DNA from: Thermoplasmata archaeon
GTDB taxonomy: Archaea; Thermoplasmatota; Thermoplasmata; Lutacidiplasmatales; UBA184
Direction of reading: 5' to 3'
Length of the DNA: 64,000 nt
Assembly: GCA_046704665.1 (NCBI GenBank)
Contig: JBJKRJ010000057.1
Span: 12,030-76,029 of the forward strand
Shown piece by piece: positions 20,122 to 28,713 of this stretch. The first letter of the stretch is position 1; each line of letters starts with the position of its first letter. The position numbers were made by a program, and so were the translations under genes. The notes under the pieces were generated by a model. It was not told the origin of the DNA. It worked only from the letters and a program-made list of their open reading frames with translations, and did no database searches.

Positions 20122-20127
20122 TCGTCC

Positions 20128-21906
20128 GTGGCCCGTATCGCGATCCTGCTCACCGACCGCTGCCACCCGAAGGAGTGCCAGTGGGAGTGCCAGGCCTACT
20201 GCCCCCCGGTGCGGATGGGTCAGGAGTGCATCGTCGAGGGTCCCCTCGGCCGCCCGGTCATCTCCGAGTCGCTCTGCATCGGTTGCGGGATCTGCGTCCA
20301 CAAGTGCCCGTTCGACGCCATCAAGATCCTCAACACCCCCGAGGCGGACGAGTCCGAGATCGTCCACCGGTACGGCTACAACGGGTTCCGCCTCTACCGC
20401 CTCCCGGTCCCGCCGGCGGCAGGGATCACCGGCCTCCTCGGTCCGAACGGGACCGGCAAGTCGACGGCGCTTCGGCTCCTCGCCGGGGTCGAGACCCCGA
20501 ACCTCGGCGCCTTCGAAACGCCGGGTGACTGGGCGAAGGTGCTGGAGCACTACCGCGGCACCGCCCTGCGCGCCCACTTCGAGCGGGTCGCGAAGGGCGA
20601 TCTACGAAGTGTGGTGAAGCCCCAGTACGTCGACCGGATCTCCGATGAACCCGTCACGGTCTCCGAGTACGTGGCGGGAGCCGGGGGAGCGACGGCGCGG
20701 GCGCTCGAGGACGTGGGGCTCTCGACCCGGGCCTCGCGGAAGCTCAGCGAGCTCTCGGGAGGAGAGCTCCAGCTCACCGCGATCGCGCGGACCCTGGCGA
20801 CCGACGCGGACCTCTACCTCGTCGATGAACCATCGAGCTACCTCGACATCATCCACCGGCTCCGCGTCGCGCGCGTCCTCCGACGGCTCGGAGCGACCAA
20901 GAGCGTCCTCGTCGTCGAACATGACTTGGGGCTCCTCGACTATCTCGCCGACACCGCGCACCTCCTCTACGGAGAGTCGGCGGCGTTCGGGGTCATCAGC
21001 CACCCGATCCCGATGCGGACCGCGATCAACACCTATCTCGGGGGCTATCTCAAGGACGAGAACGTCCGGTTCCGGACGGAACCGGTGCGGTTCGTCGCCC
21101 ATCCGCCGAAACCGCCGGCCCGGCAGAACGCGCTCGTGACGTTCTCCGTCCTCGAGAAGGAGTTCCCCGCCTTTCACCTCGCGGTCGGCGAGGGGATCCT
21201 CGCGAAGGGCGAGACCGTGGGGATCGTCGGGCCGAACGCGACCGGGAAGACGACGTTCGTACGCATGCTCGCCGGCGTGGAGACGCCGACCCGGGGGACG
21301 CCTCCGCCGGGAGTCACGGTGAGCTACAAGCCCCAGTACCTGCGCGCCACCCAGGAGGCGAGCCTCCGGGCGCGAGCCGAGGCGCTCGCGGGGGACCCGA
21401 CGTTCGACGCCAAGCTGTTCGAGCGCGAGCTCGTCCCCGGTCTGCACCTCGACGGGATCCTCGATGTCGCGCTCCCCGATCTCTCGGGCGGCGAGCTCCA
21501 GCGCGCCGCCGTCGCCCTCTCCCTCGCCCGGCCCGCGACGCTGTATCTCCTCGACGAACCCTCCGCCTACCTCGATGCCGACGAGCGCATGTCGATGGCC
21601 CGCCTCATCCGGCGCCAGGTCGAACGGCAGGCCGTGAGCGCGCTGGTCGTCGACCACGACGTCTACTTCGTCGACCTCGCCTGCGACGCCCTGATGGTCT
21701 TCCGTCCCGAGTCCGAGGACGGCTCGCGCGGCCGCGGCGATGGGCCGTTCCCGATGCGGGAGGGGATGAACCGGCTCCTTCGGACGGTCGATATCACCTA
21801 CCGCCGCGACGCCGAGACGCTCCGGCCCCGGATCAACCGCGAAGGTTCGGCGCTCGACCGCGAGCAGCGAGCGAAGGGCGAGTACTACTACGAGGCGGCC
21901 GCCTGA
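20128..21906 (+). CDS. ABCE1 / RNase L inhibitor (ribosome recycling factor)
   Basis: N-terminal 2x[4Fe-4S] domain (CHPKECQWECQAYCPP...CIGCGICVHKCP) followed by two ABC domains. This protein is archaeal/eukaryotic-specific. Confidence 0.9.
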   Translation: MARIAILLTDRCHPKECQWECQAYCPPVRMGQECIVEGPLGRPVISESLCIGCGICVHKCPFDAIKILNTPEADESEIVHRYGYNGFRLYRLPVPPAAGITGLLGPNGTGKSTALRLLAGVETPNLGAFETPGDWAKVLEHYRGTALRAHFERVAKGDLRSVVKPQYVDRISDEPVTVSEYVAGAGGATARALEDVGLSTRASRKLSELSGGELQLTAIARTLATDADLYLVDEPSSYLDIIHRLRVARVLRRLGATKSVLVVEHDLGLLDYLADTAHLLYGESAAFGVISHPIPMRTAINTYLGGYLKDENVRFRTEPVRFVAHPPKPPARQNALVTFSVLEKEFPAFHLAVGEGILAKGETVGIVGPNATGKTTFVRMLAGVETPTRGTPPPGVTVSYKPQYLRATQEASLRARAEALAGDPTFDAKLFERELVPGLHLDGILDVALPDLSGGELQRAAVALSLARPATLYLLDEPSAYLDADERMSMARLIRRQVERQAVSALVVDHDVYFVDLACDALMVFRPESEDGSRGRGDGPFPMREGMNRLLRTVDITYRRDAETLRPRINREGSALDREQRAKGEYYYEAAA

Positions 21907-21966
21907 CGCGGCCCCGAAACAGGGCGAATCCTTACGTCACCCGAGGCTAGCCGTAGGGATGGTAGG

Positions 21967-22593
21967 ATGACGATGGCTGCTCGGACCTCTCCCGCCCCCC
22001 GACGCCCCCCGGTATCGAAGGACGCCCCCCCGAGCGTGCGTTCGCGGATCGACCCGAAGGGGCGCTACCACGCCTGGGGGCAGATCTCCTACACGATCGT
22101 CGGGGCGTACGTCTTCCTGTTCGTGGTCTTCCTGTTCCTCTTCGATCGGTACGCCGGCGCCGTCTGGTGGGCCCCCTGGCTGATCTCGATCCTTCTCCTC
22201 GGCTCGCTGGTCCGGTACGTTTCCACGCACTACCGGATCGACGAGCTCCATCTCGTCGCGTCGAAGGTGCTCGGCGGGGCACGGATCCGCCTTGACGAGG
22301 TGCGCCGGATCGAGTATCTCTCGCTCCGGGACCTCGCGCCCACAGCCGGTATCTTCGGCTCGTGGGGATGGAGGGGACGGATGTGGAGCCCCATCATCGG
22401 CCGGTTCGATGCGGTCTACACCGACTCGGCCGTGGGACTTCTCGTCACCGCGGGAGAGGTTCCGCTCTATCTCTCCCCCCGGGACCCCGGGGCGTTCGCC
22501 CGGGAGCTCTCCCGGAGGGTCCGGTCGTACACGGGCCGGCTCTCGGTCGACGTCGGGGACCCCCTCGCGGGCTCGGAGCCGGCGGCCGACTGA
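21967..22593 (+). CDS. Membrane protein with a bacterial-type PH (YdbS/YdbT-like) domain
   Basis: Two N-terminal TM helices precede a PH-like region (...YRIDELHLVASKVLGGARIRLDEVRRIEY...). Confidence 0.5.
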   Translation: MTMAARTSPAPRRPPVSKDAPPSVRSRIDPKGRYHAWGQISYTIVGAYVFLFVVFLFLFDRYAGAVWWAPWLISILLLGSLVRYVSTHYRIDELHLVASKVLGGARIRLDEVRRIEYLSLRDLAPTAGIFGSWGWRGRMWSPIIGRFDAVYTDSAVGLLVTAGEVPLYLSPRDPGAFARELSRRVRSYTGRLSVDVGDPLAGSEPAAD

Positions 22594-22643
22594 GGCCGGG
22601 CGGCCCTCGGCCGGCCCGGCGCCGCCGCCCCACCGCGTGCGTC

Positions 22644-24128
22644 TCAGTAGGAGAGGACGCTCGGGTCGACGCGCTCGGCCCACGCCTGGAGCCCGCCGCG
22701 CAGGTTCCGTACGTTCTGGAAGCCGAGGTCGAGGAGCGAGCGGACCGCGTAGGCCGAGCGGGTGCCGACCGAGCAGATCAGCACCACCGCGCGGGCCCGC
22801 GTGAGCTCGTCCAGGCGTTCGGCGAGCTCTCCGCGCGGGATGCGCAGGGCCCCCGGGAACTGCGAGAGCTCCCATTCCATCGGCTCGCGCACATCCACGA
22901 CCAGCGGAGGGTCCGAGGAGGCGAGCGCCGTCGCGAGCGCTTCCGGCTCGATCGACGGCACGGAGCGGCCGACCGACTCCGCATCGATCCCCGCGACGCC
23001 GCAGAACGCCGGGTAGTCGATGAGGCCCTTCTGCGTCGCCTTCGGACCGCAGAGGACGCAGTCGGGGTTCTTGCGAAGCTGGAGCTCCCGGAACCGGAGC
23101 CCGAGGGCATCGAACAGCAGGAGACGGCCGAGGAGCGGCTCGCCCTGGCCGAGGATGAGCTTCACGGTCTCGGTCGCCTGGAGCACTCCGATGACCCCGG
23201 GCAGGACCCCGAGCACTCCCGCCTCGGCGCACGACGGGACGAGGTCGGGCGGAGGAGGTTCCGGGTACAGGCACCGGTAGCACGGGCCCCGGCGGGCGTC
23301 GAAGACGCTCACCTGGCCCTCGAAACGGTAGATCGAGCCGTAGACGTTCGGCTTCCCGAGGAGGACGGCGGCGTCGTTGATGAGGTAGCGGGTCGGGAAG
23401 TTGTCGGTCCCGTCCACGACCACATCGTAAGGGCGCAGGACATCGAGCGCGTTCTCGGAGGTGAGCCGCTCCTCGTGCCGGTGGATCCGAACGCCGGGAT
23501 TGAGGGCGGAGAGACGTTCCCGCGCGGCGTCGAGCTTCGGTCGGCCGATGTCGGCGGTCGTGTACAGGACCTGGCGCTGGAGGTTCGTCACATCGACGCG
23601 ATCGAAGTCGACCAGGCCGATCTCTCCGACGCCGGCCGCCGTGAGATAGAGCGCGGCCGGTGCGCCGAGACCGCCGGCCCCGACCAAGAGCACCTTCGCG
23701 TGTTGGAGCTTTTTCTGGCCGGCGACCCCGACCTCGGGGAGCAGGAGATGACGGCTGTACCGACGCAGCTCCTCGGGCGAGAACTTCTCGCGCGCGCTCT
23801 CGGGCAGCGGGTCCGCGACGTCCCGGGGGATCGAGGGAGCGCTCGCGGGGGCCCCGCCGGCGATCGCGGGCACGATCGACACGACGTCGCCTTCCTGCAC
23901 CGGCGTCGCCTCCCGCTCGAGGTACCGGACGTCCTGGTCGTTCAGGTACAGGACGACGAAGCTCCGGAGCCGGCCCTCGGGGCTGAAGAGATGGCGTTTC
24001 AGCTCGGGATGGACGTTCGTGAGCTCCTGGACGAGCCCTCCGACGGTCGACCCCTCCACGGGGACCTCGGCCTGGCCGCCCGTGAACGTGCGCAGCGGGG
24101 TCGGCACCCGGACCGTTACCTTGGACAT
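22644..24128 (-). CDS. Fusion protein of a CysO/MoaD-type sulfur-carrier domain (ending ...AIAGG), a linker, a MoeZ/MoeB-like E1 adenylyltransferase and a rhodanese domain
   Basis: Residues 1-92 (MSKVTVRVPTPLRTFTGGQAEV...VVLYLNDQDVRY...GDVVSIVPAIAGG) closely parallel M. tuberculosis CysO. The E1 domain has the nucleotide-binding loop [13 protein letters not shown] and two CxxC Zn motifs (CYRC, CVLC). The rhodanese domain has the active-site CSVGTRS. The start is set at MSKV (ATG 24126-24128); the track ORF continues upstream to 24851. Confidence 0.8.
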   Translation of the reverse strand: MSKVTVRVPTPLRTFTGGQAEVPVEGSTVGGLVQELTNVHPELKRHLFSPEGRLRSFVVLYLNDQDVRYLEREATPVQEGDVVSIVPAIAGGAPASAPSIPRDVADPLPESAREKFSPEELRRYSRHLLLPEVGVAGQKKLQHAKVLLVGAGGLGAPAALYLTAAGVGEIGLVDFDRVDVTNLQRQVLYTTADIGRPKLDAARERLSALNPGVRIHRHEERLTSENALDVLRPYDVVVDGTDNFPTRYLINDAAVLLGKPNVYGSIYRFEGQVSVFDARRGPCYRCLYPEPPPPDLVPSCAEAGVLGVLPGVIGVLQATETVKLILGQGEPLLGRLLLFDALGLRFRELQLRKNPDCVLCGPKATQKGLIDYPAFCGVAGIDAESVGRSVPSIEPEALATALASSDPPLVVDVREPMEWELSQFPGALRIPRGELAERLDELTRARAVVLICSVGTRSAYAVRSLLDLGFQNVRNLRGGLQAWAERVDPSVLSY

Positions 24129-24154
24129 CGCTCGGTATCCTCTCCGCGCCCCTT

Positions 24155-24639
24155 TTAGGGCCTTGCTAACCCCTTCGCCACCGGTCCCGCCCCGGTGGGA
24201 GCTCCCTCGGTCAAGAGCGGGACCTCCTCGAAGACCTGCCGGTCCGGGTCGAGCTCGAACGCGCGGGTGTCGGCGACGCGGCGTGCGGCGACTCCGAGCA
24301 CGAGATAGGAGTACCACGGCCAGGCGTGCTCCTGGTCGAACTGCGAAGGGCGGGCGGGATGGTCCGGGTGGGAGTGGTAGAACCCGACCACGAGCCGGCC
24401 GGTCCGCTCGTTCCGTTGTTCGGCGGCGCGGAGCTCCTCCGGCCGGACGAGGAAACGGCGCCGTCGCTCCCCCTCGAACTCGTTCGGAGCGGGTTCGACC
24501 GCGACGATCGATCGCGGCTCGGCAGGATCGGTCGGATCGGCCGCGGCGATCAGGAAACCGCAACACTCGTCCGGGTAGGTCTCGCGGGCGTGGGCCTCCA
24601 TCGCGTCCCGGAGCTCCCGGACGACCCGGACGGGTCTCA
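24155..24639 (-). CDS. JAMM/MPN+ metalloprotease (Mec+-like deubiquitinase-type isopeptidase)
   Basis: The JAMM motif GFYHSHPDHPARPSQFD (HxHx7Sx2D) is present with an upstream Glu, in a 161-aa protein. The ATG overlaps the cysM stop (ATGA). The track ORF 24155-25444 is an over-extension. Confidence 0.8.
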
Positions 24640-25533
24640 TCGCGCCTCTCCGGCGGGGAGGGTGTGGCCGGAGTCCGGAAGGATCGTGACGACCACCGAA
24701 CCGGGGACGGACGCGCCGATCGCCGAGGCGACGAGGACGGCCGCCGCGGCGGACATGCCCACCTCGAGTCCTTCCTCCCGGGCCAGGCGAGCGCGCATCT
24801 CCTCGGCGGGCTCGGTGTCGATCCGGACCGTCCGGTCGACCACGCGCGCATCGTACGTCGAGGGCCGGGCGGCTGTCGGCAGATGCTTCAATCCTTCGAG
24901 CCCGTGCATCGGCCCGGTCGGTTCGACCCCGACGACCTCGAGGGAGGACCGTTGCTCCTTGAGATAGCGACCGGTCCCGGTGACCGTGCCGCCGGTGCCG
25001 ACCCCCGCGACAAAGTGCGTGATCCGGCCCTGGGTCTGCCGCCAGATCTCGGGTCCGGTCGAAGCATAGTGGGCCGCCGGATTGGCCGGATTGTTGTACT
25101 GGTCCGGGTAGAAGTACCGGTTCGGGTCCTCCCGGGCGCGGCGCCGTGCCTCCCGCTGTGATCCGTCGGTCCCTTCCAACGGATCCGTGAAGACGATCCG
25201 CGCACCGAAAGACTGGATCCGTTCGACGCGGGTGGGGTGCGCGTTCCTCGGTAGAACGAGCTCCACCGGGAAACCGAGCCGCGCCCCCAGCATGGCGTAG
25301 GCGACCGCGGTGTTCCCGCTCGAGGCGTCGATGAGCGTCCGCGCCGGGTCCAGCCGGCCGTCGGCGATCGCCTGCCGGACGATACCGAACGCCGCGCGGT
25401 CCTTCACCGAGCCGGTCGGGTTGCGGAACTCGGCCTTTCCCCACAGCTCGAAGCCCCCTCCGAGCGCGTCCGCGATGCGCTGCAACGGTACGAGCGGCGT
25501 TCCGCCCACCGAGCGGAGGAGCGGGTCGTCCAT
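24637..25533 (-). CDS. cysM: Cysteine synthase, CysM-type (PLP-dependent; O-phosphoserine or O-acetylserine sulfhydrylase)
   Basis: The PLP-Lys motif NPTGSVKDRAAFGIV and the Gly-rich loop GVGTGGTVTGTGRYL are present. The start is chosen at MDDPLLRSVGGTPLVPLQ (ATG 25531-25533). An alternative start at M95 is possible. Confidence 0.8.
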   Translation of the reverse strand: MDDPLLRSVGGTPLVPLQRIADALGGGFELWGKAEFRNPTGSVKDRAAFGIVRQAIADGRLDPARTLIDASSGNTAVAYAMLGARLGFPVELVLPRNAHPTRVERIQSFGARIVFTDPLEGTDGSQREARRRAREDPNRYFYPDQYNNPANPAAHYASTGPEIWRQTQGRITHFVAGVGTGGTVTGTGRYLKEQRSSLEVVGVEPTGPMHGLEGLKHLPTAARPSTYDARVVDRTVRIDTEPAEEMRARLAREEGLEVGMSAAAAVLVASAIGASVPGSVVVTILPDSGHTLPAGEAR

Positions 25534-25651
25534 CCGAAGGTCCGAGCGGGGAGCGGGGAACGCACCCGTGCCCGAGGGTCGAAACGTACGAGGATCGGAG
25601 GCTGGCATGGGATTCGTTCGAACGGACGGTACGACCGGAGAACGACCCACC

Positions 25652-26380
25652 CTAGTCGGCCCGCATCCCGACGTGGGACTCTCGCGCACCCGGGGGCCGG
25701 GCCTCCAGACGGAACCGTTCGGTGGGGAAGGCGGCGAGGATCGGGACGAGATGTGTGCACCGTACCCCGCCCCGTCCGATCGAGTCCTGAAGGTCGACCC
25801 CCACCTGGCCGAGCAGGGCCTCGGTGAGGTGCTTATCGAAGACATCGCACAGGAGGTACGGGTGCGAGAGCGCGCTGTGGCGGAAGACACAGTTCGTCCG
25901 GACGATGCGGAGCGTGCCGTCCTTCGTTTCCTGCGACGTGCAGCGGAACCCGAGGCGATTGAGCGATTTCACGAGGTTCCGGATCCGTTCCGCCGGCGTC
26001 CCGGTCTTCGGGATCTCCTTCGCGATCACCCGGGCCATCCGGCGGGCCGATTCCGCGAAGAGCGCACTGACGTACCCCTCGCCCTCCCGGTCGAGGAGCT
26101 CTTCGACGACGGTGTCGAGGATGAGGTCGTACTGCTTCGGGAAGAGCTCCTGGCCCTCGCCGGTCAGCATGTACCGCTTGCGAGGGCGACCGACGCCTTC
26201 CCGATGGAAGGCAGCGACGACCAGCCCGCGGCCCTCCATCCTCTCGAGGTGACCGCGCGCCGCGCTCTCTTGGATCCCGATCTTCTTCGCGAGGTCCCGC
26301 GCCGTCCGCGGTGCCAGCGCCAGTTCTTCGAGGATCCTTCCGCGCGTCCCTTCGAGCAGCTCTTCCTTCGAGATCGTCAT
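25652..26380 (-). CDS. ArsR/DeoR-type winged-helix regulator with a C-terminal four-Cys domain (SufR-like, putative [4Fe-4S] sensor)
   Basis: N-terminal HTH (...RGRILEELALAPRTARDLAKKIGIQESAARGHLERMEG...). The C-terminal cysteines are spaced C-x16-C-x13-C-x29-C. It is divergent from sufC and heads the cysM operon. Confidence 0.6.
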   Translation of the reverse strand: MTISKEELLEGTRGRILEELALAPRTARDLAKKIGIQESAARGHLERMEGRGLVVAAFHREGVGRPRKRYMLTGEGQELFPKQYDLILDTVVEELLDREGEGYVSALFAESARRMARVIAKEIPKTGTPAERIRNLVKSLNRLGFRCTSQETKDGTLRIVRTNCVFRHSALSHPYLLCDVFDKHLTEALLGQVGVDLQDSIGRGGVRCTHLVPILAAFPTERFRLEARPPGARESHVGMRAD

Positions 26381-26430
26381 GTCCCGAGCTCCTTTCCCCG
26401 GCCCCGAATCAATTTACACACCACGCCATG

Positions 26431-26438
26431 CTTAAATA
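26431..26438 (+). promoter_or_regulatory. Archaeal TATA box (cttaaata) about 27 nt upstream of the sufC ATG (leaderless). It sits in a divergent promoter region shared with the SufR-like regulator.
   Basis: The sequence is atgcttaaataacgg...22 nt...ATGGTC. Confidence 0.55.
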
Positions 26439-26461
26439 ACGGTATCGGCTGGATTCTTCGA

Positions 26462-27241
26462 ATGGTCGCGACGTCACTGCCGACCGGGCACACCCTGGTC
26501 GTCGAGGACCTCCACGCCGAGGTCGCCGGGAAGGAGATCCTCCGGGGGGTCGATCTCACGCTGAAGAGCGGGGAGCTCACGGCCCTCATGGGGCCGAACG
26601 GCTCCGGAAAGAGCACGCTCGCCTATGCCCTGATGGGGCATCCGAAGTACAAGGTGACGAAGGGTCGCGCGCTCCTGGACGGCCAGGACCTCCTCGGGCT
26701 CAGCGTGGAGAAGCGATCCCGCGCCGGCCTGTTCCTCGGGTTCCAGTACCCGCAGGAGGTCTCGGGGCTCTCGCTCTCCAAGTTCCTCTGGACCGCCTAC
26801 ATGCAGCGGCACACGGCGGAGACGGCCGACACGAAGCACTACGACGACGAGCTGCGGACGCACCTCGACTACCTGGGGATGGACCCGGCGCTATTGAAGC
26901 GTTCGCTCAACGAGGGATTCTCGGGGGGAGAGAAGAAGCGTGTCGAGGTCCTCCAGATGGCGACCCTCCATCCGGTCTTCGCCATCCTCGACGAGCCGGA
27001 CTCGGGGCTCGATATCGACGCGGTGCGGGCGGTCGGGGAGACCGTCGCGAAGCTCCACCGGCCCGACGCGGGGATCCTGGTCATCACGCACTACCAGCGG
27101 ATCCTGAAGTACCTGAAGCCCGACCGGATCCACGTCATGGTCGATGGCGCGATCGCGCGCTCGGGCGGGCGCGAGCTCGCCGAAGAGCTCGAAGCGAAGG
27201 GATACGACTTCGTTCGTCCACTGGTCTCGACGCAAAGCTAA
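26462..27241 (+). CDS. sufC: Fe-S cluster assembly ATPase SufC
   Basis: Walker A GPNGSGKSTL, signature FSGGEKKRVEVLQ, and the HYQRILKYL motif typical of SufC. The start is MVATSLP; the track ORF 25310-27241 is over-extended. Confidence 0.9.
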   Translation: MVATSLPTGHTLVVEDLHAEVAGKEILRGVDLTLKSGELTALMGPNGSGKSTLAYALMGHPKYKVTKGRALLDGQDLLGLSVEKRSRAGLFLGFQYPQEVSGLSLSKFLWTAYMQRHTAETADTKHYDDELRTHLDYLGMDPALLKRSLNEGFSGGEKKRVEVLQMATLHPVFAILDEPDSGLDIDAVRAVGETVAKLHRPDAGILVITHYQRILKYLKPDRIHVMVDGAIARSGGRELAEELEAKGYDFVRPLVSTQS

Positions 27242-27284
27242 GGAGTCCCCCGGGGCGCTCGACCGGGCCAAGAGGGTCGGAGCG

Positions 27285-28541
27285 ATGGATGTCGAACGGA
27301 TCCGCAGAGACTTTCCGCTGCTGTCCCGATCGGAGAACGGCCGGCCCCTGATCTACCTCGACTCCGCGGCGACCTCGCAGAAGCCGGATTCCGTCATCTC
27401 CGCCGAAGGCCGGTTCTACGAGCAGGTCAACTCGAACGTGCGGCGCGGTGTCTACGCCCTCAGCGTCGAAGCGACGGAGGCGTGGGAAGCGGCTCGCGAG
27501 CACGTCGCCCACTTCCTGCGCGCCCGTCGATCCTCCGAGGTCGTGTTCCTCCGGGGGACGACCGAGGCGCTCAACGTCCTCGCGACCAGCCTCGGTCGAT
27601 CGGTCCTCGGCAAGGGCGATCGGGTCGTCGCTACGGTGATGGAGCACCACTCGAACATCGTCCCGTGGCACTTCCTGAGAGAGTACGCGGGCATCGACCT
27701 CGCCTTCGTCGGGATCGACGACGACGGGAAGCTCCGGCTCGGGGAGCTCGATCGGCTGCTCGATCGACGGACCAAGGTGGTCACCGTGACCCATGTCTCG
27801 AACGTGCTCGGCACCGTCAACCCGATCCGCGAGATCGCGGACCGGGCCCACGCGGTCGGGGCGCTTGTCATCCTGGACGCCGCGCAGTCGGCGCCGCACC
27901 TTCCGATCGATGTCGAAAAGCTCGGCGTCGACTTCCTCGCGTTCTCCGGTCACAAGGTCCTCGGTCCGATGGGGATCGGCGCGCTGTGGGGGCGCGCCGA
28001 GCTCCTCGAACGACTGCCTCCGTCGGTCGGAGGGGGGGAGATGATCCGGGAGGTCCACCAGGACCGGGTGAGCTACGCGGAGGTTCCGGCCAAGTTCGAG
28101 GGGGGCACCCCGAACGTCGCCGGTGCGATCGGCCTCTCGGCGGCGCTCGCCTACCTCGAGCGGATCGGCTGGGAGGACCTGCGCGCCCACGAGCAACGAC
28201 TGCAGACGACCGCGTTGCGGCTGGGCTCCGAGCGTCTCGGCGACGGCTTCCAGGTCGTCGGCCCCGCGGATCCCCGGGAGAGGGAGGCCGTCCTCGCGTT
28301 CCAGCTGAAGGGGGTCCACCCGCACGACATCGCGAGCCTCCTCGACGCGCGGGGGATCTGCGTGAGGGCCGGGCACCACTGTGCGCAACCGCTGATGGAC
28401 CGTCTCGGCGTGCCGGCGCTCACGCGCGCGAGCCCGTACCTCTACAACACCGAAGCGGAGATCGAGCAGCTGTTCGATGCGCTCTCGGAGATCTATCAGC
28501 TGTTCCGACGCTCGTCGTCCCCCGCGCCCACCGCCGCGTGA
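27285..28541 (+). CDS. sufS: Cysteine desulfurase SufS (class V aminotransferase)
   Basis: PLP-Lys AFSGHKVLGPMG and active-site loop RAGHHCAQPL. The start is at MDVERIRRDFPLL. Confidence 0.85.
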   Translation: MDVERIRRDFPLLSRSENGRPLIYLDSAATSQKPDSVISAEGRFYEQVNSNVRRGVYALSVEATEAWEAAREHVAHFLRARRSSEVVFLRGTTEALNVLATSLGRSVLGKGDRVVATVMEHHSNIVPWHFLREYAGIDLAFVGIDDDGKLRLGELDRLLDRRTKVVTVTHVSNVLGTVNPIREIADRAHAVGALVILDAAQSAPHLPIDVEKLGVDFLAFSGHKVLGPMGIGALWGRAELLERLPPSVGGGEMIREVHQDRVSYAEVPAKFEGGTPNVAGAIGLSAALAYLERIGWEDLRAHEQRLQTTALRLGSERLGDGFQVVGPADPREREAVLAFQLKGVHPHDIASLLDARGICVRAGHHCAQPLMDRLGVPALTRASPYLYNTEAEIEQLFDALSEIYQLFRRSSSPAPTAA

Positions 28542-28674
28542 CCCGGTCCGATCGGAACGCGCGAGGAGCCCGAACGCTCTCGGGCGCGACCCCGTCCGGG
28601 CGCCGATGTCGCGACGGAGCGACGCCCACGCTCCCCTCGAGCGAGCGTCCGTCGCGTCCGGGACGACCTCCAAT

Positions 28675-28682
28675 TTAAATAC
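28675..28682 (+). promoter_or_regulatory. Archaeal TATA box (tttaaata) upstream of sufB
   Basis: caatttaaatacactg lies about 35 nt before the sufB ATG at 28714. Confidence 0.5.
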
Positions 28683-28713
28683 ACTGATGTGATGGAATTC
28701 ACCGAGGTCATGT

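Noticed and set aside
22362-24158. 598-aa plus-strand ORF covering the CysO-MoeZ locus
   Set aside because: It is antisense to a well-supported multi-domain gene. Its translation is low-complexity Arg/Gly/Pro-rich, which is typical of stop-codon-poor reverse frames in 70% GC DNA.
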